Origin: Octopus vulgaris
Taxonomy: Eukaryota
Reading direction: 5' to 3'
Assembly (NCBI GenBank): GCA_951406725.2
Contig: OX597836.1
Span: forward strand, 26,164,001-26,228,000
Length of the DNA: 64,000 nt
Shown: positions 57,125-64,000 of the stretch, piece after piece
How the letters are laid out: every line of letters starts with the position of its first letter
Position numbering within the stretch: position 1 is the stretch's first letter
Notes under the pieces: model-generated
What the model was told of the DNA's origin: nothing
Seen by the model: the letters and a program-made list of their open reading frames with translations, nothing else
The model's database searches: none
Position numbers and translations under genes: made by a program

Positions 57125-57223
57125 TCAAAATAAAAACTTGATGCCAAGGATTCAGCGGTACATATGTTTCAAACGGTATATACAGGTGCTTACTATTATC
57201 AAGTACTCACCCTGAATTTCTAT

Positions 57224-57286
<63 letters not shown>

Positions 57287-57677
57287 TTCTTTATTCTTTT
57301 ATTCTTTTACTTGTTTCAGTCATTTGACTGCGGCCATGCTGGAGCACCGCCTTTAATCGAGCAACTCGACCCCGGGGACTTATTCTTTTGTAAGCCCAGT
57401 ACTTATTCTATCGGTCTCTTTTGCCGAACCGCTAAGTGACGGGGACATAAACACATCAGCATCGGTTGTCAAGCAATGCTAGGGGGACCAACACAGACAC
57501 ACAAACACACACACGCATTTATATATATATATACATATATACGACGGGCTTCTTTCAGTTTCCGTCTACCAAATCCACTCACAAGGCTTTGGTCGGCCCG
57601 AGGCTATAGTAGAAGACACTTGCCCAAGGTGCCACGCAGTGGGACTGAACCCGGAACCACACAGCCACTCCTGCGCC
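57287..57677 (-). mobile_element. SINE family B with deletion in the tRNA head
   Basis: Reverse complement of 14034-14460, lacking about 25 bp between two ACCA repeats. Confidence 0.9.
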
Positions 57678-57687
57678 TATGGAGTGC

Positions 57688-57747
<60 letters not shown>

Positions 57748-58000
57748 AGTGCGTATATATATATGTTCGTTTTTCTGTTCAGCTCTAATAAAAACAATTT
57801 TACATTAACCTAATGCGTTACTTTGTACTTTTGTGGAGCACAAATTTATTCTTCTGAAGCAAGAATATCGTTGGCAGTAACTTCGAAGCTTAGGGTAGTT
57901 AAGCTATCGTCAGCCTAACTGAGTGAAACTTCCAAGTCGCTATCAATGAATATGCTCTTTCAAGAATTATATATATGTGTGTATGTGTGTGTGTGTTTCT

Positions 58001-58081
<81 letters not shown>

Positions 58082-58441
58082 TGGGTGTAATTGATACTTT
58101 GAAGTCAACAAGAAGGCGTACGGCTGGACATTTATTTTCAGTCACTGCAATCGTTTCTACTCAACGTAGTTCAATATATATATATATATATATAAAAAAA
58201 AGGAAATGAAAAAAATGCTGACAAATAATTGAAGTAATTTAAGTAATTTAATTAGGTGAAAGTTCTTTTTACCGGTTGCGCATTTGTTATGCTTATCAAA
58301 ATATAAAAGAGAGATTAGAGTCTGTCTCTTATATGTGAAAAAAAGAGGCTCCAGAGTTGTTTGGGATTTGCTTGGTTTCGCGCCTAAAATTTTGATTGGT
58401 CATTATGAAGGGGTCACGTGAATGTGAAGGGGTCACGTGAA

Positions 58442-59107
58442 CTCAGCACGCAGGAACTTAGACGCCCTAAACCTGTTACATCGAAACCCCATACTCTACC
58501 ATACATCTCTACACACAACCCCCTCAACAATGAAGCTTTTGACACCATCCTCCAGAACATTCCTGTATTACAAAAGGACCATAGAATGAACCAAATCCTC
58601 CTAACACACGAAATCATAAAGAGCAAAAGGCAACCCAAATCATTGAAAACCATCCTAACAAATGCCAAAGTACTGCCAACCACAACAACTAAACCCACAG
58701 TAAACAAATGCAATAGACCCAACTGTGGTATATGCATCAACCTAATAGAAGGTCCGGAATTCCTTTTTAAACAAGGACAACGTTTCACAGTAAAACACAA
58801 CTTCACATGCGCATCAGAAAACCTAGTATATGTCTTAACTTGCTCGGGCTGTAATGAACACTACATAGGCCAAACAAAAAATAGCCTCCGCCAACGCATG
58901 ACTGTCCACAGATCCCAAATAAAAATACAGGAATATAGAAAAATAGCATTTAGTGCACATATTGATACCTGTGCCGCACAACTCCATCCCAATTTTAGAA
59001 TCTTTCCCCTCTACAAATTTAAAGACAATGCCACTCATACCCAGCGAATAACCATGGAATCCCACCTTATTAATAAATACAGACCACTTCTAAACACATG
59101 CCCCTAA
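58442..59107 (+). pseudogene. PLE C-terminal linker plus GIY-YIG endonuclease (5'-truncated, frame intact)
   Basis: LPYISTHNP..RQPKSLKTIL..KCNRPNCGIC..FTCASENLVYVLTCSGCNEHYIGQT..LRQRMTVH..E..LI..YRPLLN. Confidence 0.9.
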
Positions 59108-59589
59108 CACGAACCCACAACAAACACACTTACACCTGCACACACCCTACACACACCTTTACCCAGATATTAACACCATGACACACACAAATATATGGTT
59201 CCACACATACACATAATTGAATATGGGTGCAAAACATCCAACACTATTTTTTGGAAATGGCTGTAAATATTGACTTCACACAAATACGTTGCTTCCCGAT
59301 ACAGGCACAAGGCCAGCAGAACTATAAATATTGAAAATTGTACCCACACACACACACATATATACACGCGCGCGCGCCCCAACATACATATAAACACACA
59401 CGCGCGCGCGCGCGCACACACATACATACATACAGCTCTCCCTGTTCTAAACGAACTTACTTATCCAGTCAAGCGGAAAATACACTCCCTAACTACGCGC
59501 TAAAAAGCTATTTAAAATATCCACATGACGTCTACTGACCAGCCTGAACAATAAGAATTTTCAACAACACTATTTTCGAAAATTCTAAA

Positions 59590-59800
59590 CATTCACGTGA
59601 CCTCTTTATTATGGCCAATAAGAAATTTTAGGCGGGACACTAGCCAAATTTTAACTTCTCTGGAGCCTTTTTTCTTACCCCAACACCAACTTCCATTCAA
59701 ACATTCACGTGACCCCTTCATAATGACCAATCAAAATTTTAGGCGCGAAACCAAGCAAATCCCAAACAACTCTGGAGCCTCTTTTTTTCACATATAAGAG
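59590..59800 (+). promoter_or_regulatory. Duplicated promoter-like module in PLE pseudo-LTR
   Basis: Two about 111-bp diverged units each with CACGTGAC, CCAAT and TTTTAGGCG(G/C)GA; CATATAAG follows the second. Confidence 0.45.
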
Positions 59801-59824
59801 ACAGACTCTAATCTCTCTTTTATA

Positions 59825-59861
59825 TTTTGATAAGCATAACAAATGCGCAACCGGTAAAAAG
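59825..59861 (+). ncRNA. Degenerate hammerhead-like motif in pseudo-LTR (U3-A8, A13C); mirror 58265-58301
   Basis: tt TTGATAA gcat aacaa atgc GCAAC cg GTA aa. Confidence 0.45.
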
Positions 59862-59965
59862 AACTTTCACCTAATTAAATTACTTAAATTACTTCAATTA
59901 TTTGTCAGCATTTTCTTCATTTCCTTTTTTATATATCACCACTCGTGTTCGACATCTCCTTTTTT

Positions 59966-60021
<56 letters not shown>

Positions 60022-60161
60022 TTTACGTATATATATATATATATGGAGTTGTATTTATGCTTATATATTTATATTTATAGGTATGTGTGTGTGTGTGTGT
60101 ACGTATGTAATTAAGTATGTATATATGCATGCATGTACATATATTTCTATACTAGTATATA

Positions 60162-61015
60162 CAGGGTGCGGTGAATATATTGCCGCCTAAATTACACAAA
60201 AATGAAAATAAAACTGACATCTCGTTTTAACAGATATATTTACCAAAATTACATGAAAATATCTTAAAATACTAAAGAGTAAATGTATTCAATAAAATCG
60301 CCATTGCATTCAACCAATGCCTCCGGACTACTTTGGAATCTCCTGCAACTCTTCTGGACGGTCTCCTTGTTTAACTTGGTGAATGCTGCCATAATGCTTG
60401 CCCTCAGTTCATCTTTGGTTTTACAAGTTGTTTTGTTGGTCTCTCGCTTAACTGCGCCCCACGCATAATGATCATGGGGTTTGCAGCCTGGGGAGTTAGG
60501 TAGCCAGATGTTGTGGTCGCAGAAATTCTCTGACAGCCATGACGGGATTGTCCTGCTTGTGTGGAATGGTGCAGAGTCCTGTTGCCAGACATAAAGTCTT
60601 CCAACAGCCACCCTCTTAACCCAGGGCAGCACTACCTCTTCTGGGCACTTGATGTAAGCCTCCGTGTTAAGTCTGAGGCTGTGTGGGAAAATGAATGGAG
60701 GTATAACATGGACATCACTAATGATCACCCCAAACGCCATGATGTTGACTGGATGTTTAATTTTTATCACTCTCGGTAAATGCTTTGGGAACACGGCAAG
60801 CCGACGGTTTCCTGTGCGTTCACCTGTTCGTATTGGAGCTTCAGGTGCGAATGCCAAGTCGTTTCCAAATTTCTGGCAGAGGAAATTGCGTCATGGTGCT
60901 GTTATCCTCACAGATGGTGCCCAACAGACCCTACGATACTGTGTAGTCGTCAAAATCGAAAACAAACAATGAACATGCGCGAAATTAAAAATATAAAATG
61001 GTAACAATTTACCCT
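60162..61015 (-). mobile_element. Decayed Tc1-like transposon
   Basis: KHPVNIMAFGVI..YVWQQDSAPFHTS..WLPNSP..AWGAVK; terminus TA|CAGGGTG at 60160-60168. Confidence 0.9.
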
Positions 61016-61071
61016 TTATGTGTGTGTGTGTGTGTTTGTGTGTTTGTGTGTTTGTGTGTGTGTGTGTGTTT

Positions 61072-61202
<131 letters not shown>

Positions 61203-61744
61203 CCTTATTCATCTTCGATGAAATTCATGCCACTTGCCAGTCGGATTCATTTCCCTTGGCTCATTTTCCGTTCATTTAAGTAAATTTCCAATTTGGAAAT
61301 ACATACATGCCTTCTCTTCTCTTTTTTTTTATCATTTATCTAAGTGTCTCGTTGTGATGGAAGCAGGCTGACGTAAATGCTGTGCTAACGACGCCAATTA
61401 AGGTAGAAAAGTGAATAAAGTATCTGCCCTTTTCTTTCTACACATCCTGATTACCTTATCCTGAATGGCAAATCAGTTTTGGAAAAATTCTTGAATCATG
61501 AAATTATTTCCGTTTCTCATCTAGCACTGCCACCAGGCGATTCTTCTATCTTCTCTGAAGGCATAGATACTATCAATGTATAAAAAATATATATCTTGTG
61601 TAGTTTTGATTGCTGAAATACTTGCTACTGGCGACTCTGAGATATTTGCCTTAGTTCATTTGTGTACTTTATTGTTTATACACACACACACACACGCACA
61701 AAACACACATACATACATGTATATATATATATATATAGATATAT

Positions 61745-61806
<62 letters not shown>

Positions 61807-61808
<2 letters not shown>

Positions 61809-62222
61809 AATATAGGATAAACATTTTCGAAAAAATTTTATCAATGGCCAGCATATTAAAAAAATAAAGGTTAAATTTTATAAACAAGGGCAAAAGAAAA
61901 AATTCTATATTTAAATAAGGATATTTAAATAAGGATATTTAAATACCGATCTTATCAGGTGGCCAGCATGGGAATAAAAGCCTTCAAAGGTAATAATTAT
62001 TATTAAAATTGTAATTTAGGGTATCTAAGAGATACCACCACGCTGGAAATAGCAGTCAAAACTTGACTCCAAACCACATTAAATGTTCATACAGCACCAG
62101 GAGAGAAGACAAAGAGACAAAATAAACTAGCAAAAAATTACTGGATAATTCCAGATCCCGGATTTCTGAATCTGCATTAGAAATGCTCTGCTTTCATCAG
62201 TGGAATATACTCAGAAAGCACA
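61807..62222 (-). mobile_element. ORF-less HHR-bearing element in (TA)n; left end related to 42230-42350
   Basis: HHR-like 62148-62206: attcca CTGATGA ..gcatt tct aatgc.. GAAA tccggga TC tggaat; shared ataggataaa..ttttatcaatggccagcatat. Confidence 0.65.
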
Positions 62223-62225
62223 TAA

Positions 62226-62298
<73 letters not shown>

Positions 62299-62466
62299 AC
62301 ATACGATATACTTACATATACGAACGTATATATACATATATATATGCACGTATGCACACGACCAGTTTAATTTGCCCAACCAAAACTCCTCGTGCGATAT
62401 GGTCAAAATGCCATTGCATATATATGTATGTATACGTTCGTATATGTAAGTATATCGTCTGTTGTG

Positions 62467-62510
<44 letters not shown>

Positions 62511-62517
<7 letters not shown>

Positions 62518-64000
62518 TCAATATAGGGTGGCAAAAAAAATTTTTTGTAGAATTCTTTTGCCACCAGCGGCCTAGTAGGAAAAAATTAAAATAGTCATAG
62601 ACCATTTTTAAGTTCAACATCAACAATAAAGGAACGGCCATAATAGGCCATTCACCTACTAGAAATAACAGCCAAAGCTTCAACCGCAAATAAAAGTTAA
62701 TTCAGTAAACCAGGAGAAAATTTAAAAACATTTACCCTGTAATTTCTTATACGATATACCGTTTCATCTGCTGATTAATGGTAAACTAACCTGATTAAAT
62801 TAAATCAAGCCAATCTTCCACAGGCCCTCAGATTCCTCAGTAAGAAATAGCCCAAGACGGAACAGATATTTTCACGAGGCATTTCCGACGTTGCCAAGTT
62901 TATATCTGACCTAAAATTTTCAAATCGTCGCACTCGCGCCAAATTTATCGGCAGCAAATAAATATAAGCCGTCGATTCCATTACGGAATTAACCAGAAAA
63001 TTCATAATTAATCAATATAGGGTGGCAAAAAAATTTTTTGTAGAATTCTTTTGCCACCAGCGGCCTAGTAGGAAAAAATTAAAATAGTCATAGACCATTT
63101 TTAAGTTCAACATCAACAATAAAGGAACGGCCATAATAGGCCATTCACCTACTAGAAATAACAGCCAAAGCTTCAACCGCAAATAAAAGTTAATTCAGTA
63201 AACCAGGAGAAAATTTAAAAACATTTACCCTGTAATTTCTTATACGATATACCGTTTCATCTGCTGATTAATGGTAAACTAACCTGATTAAATTAAATCA
63301 AGCCAATCTTCCACAGGCCCTCAGATTCCTCAGTAAGAAATAGCCCAAGACGGAACAGATATTTTCACGAGGCATTTCCGACGTTGCCAAGTTTATATCT
63401 GACCTAAAATTTTCAAATCGTCGCACTCGCGCCAAATTTATCGGCAGCAAATAAATATAAGCCGTCGATTCCATTACGGAATTAACCAGAAAATTTTAGG
63501 TCAGATATAAACTTGGCAACGTCGGAAATGCCTCGTGAAAATATCTGTTCCGTCTTGGGCTATTTCTTACTGAGGAATCTGAGGGCCTGTGGAAGATTGG
63601 CTTGATTTAATTTAATCAGGTTAGTTTACCATTAATCAGCAGATGAAACGGTATATCGTATAAGAAATTACAGGGTAAATGTTTTTAAATTTTCTCCTGG
63701 TTTACTGAATTAACTTTTATTTGCGGTTGAAGCTTTGGCTGTTATTTCTAGTAGGTGAATGGCTTATTATGGCCGTTCCTTTATTGTTGATGTTGAACTT
63801 AAAAATGGTCTATGACTATTTTAATTTTTTCCTACTAGGCCGCTGGTGGCAAAAGAATTCTACAAAAAATTTTTTTGCCACCCTATATTGATTAATTATG
63901 AATTTTCTGGTTAATTCCGTAATGGAATCGACGGCTTATATTTATTTGCTGCCGATAAATTTGGCGCGAGTGCGACGATTTGAAAATTTTAGGTCAGATA
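62511..64000. mobile_element. Retrozyme-like array: two tandem 494-bp units then an inverted multimer running off the window
   Basis: 62511-63004 repeated from 63005; 63489-64000 is the reverse complement of 62903-63414; one HHR per unit. Confidence 0.92.
63562..63668 (+). ncRNA. Type I hammerhead ribozyme with very large stem II insertion (copies on - at 62742-62848 and 63235-63341)
   Basis: atttctta CTGAGGA atctg [58 nt] cagat GAAAC gg tata tc GTA taagaaat; 8-bp stem I, 5-bp stem II base, 4-bp stem III. Confidence 0.85.

Larger units (their letters stand above)
58192..59968 (+). mobile_element. 5'-truncated Penelope-like element with inverted pseudo-LTR, in (TA)n
   Basis: 58192-58425 is the near-perfect reverse complement of 59701-59934; GIY-YIG ORF between them. 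Confidence 0.92.

Noticed and set aside
57150-57220. Minus-strand TTGATAA...GAAACATATGTA hammerhead candidate
   Set aside because: Stems I and II cannot be paired in register with the core

Overview
Eukaryotic, AT-rich, repeat-saturated DNA with no confidently identifiable host gene; almost all ORFs in the supplied track are microsatellite artefacts. The TTAGGG repeat, the SINE repertoire and the microsatellite density suggest an octopus-like cephalopod genome (inference). Contents: a 3.3-kb degenerate interstitial (TTAGGG)n array next to a decayed RLE-type non-LTR retrotransposon; two 5'-truncated Penelope-like elements (PLEs; RT/GIY-YIG); several tRNA-derived SINE families; Tc1 and mariner fossils; a non-autonomous Helitron; a MITE; and an L1/Tx1-like ORF1 fossil. 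The main signal is non-coding. By manual reading I count 21 type I hammerhead ribozyme (HHR) or HHR-like motifs at 15 loci. They sit in short ORF-less elements arranged as partial tandems (355, 494 and 560 bp units), fold-back palindromes and PLE pseudo-LTRs, mostly inserted in (TA)n. This looks like a dense, diverse set of retrozyme-like elements mobilised by PLEs. Several cores swap the C3-G8 pair for U3-A8 or A3-U8, most have self-complementary minimal stem III loops, and two have greatly enlarged stem II domains. All folds were assigned by eye and no activity is demonstrated.
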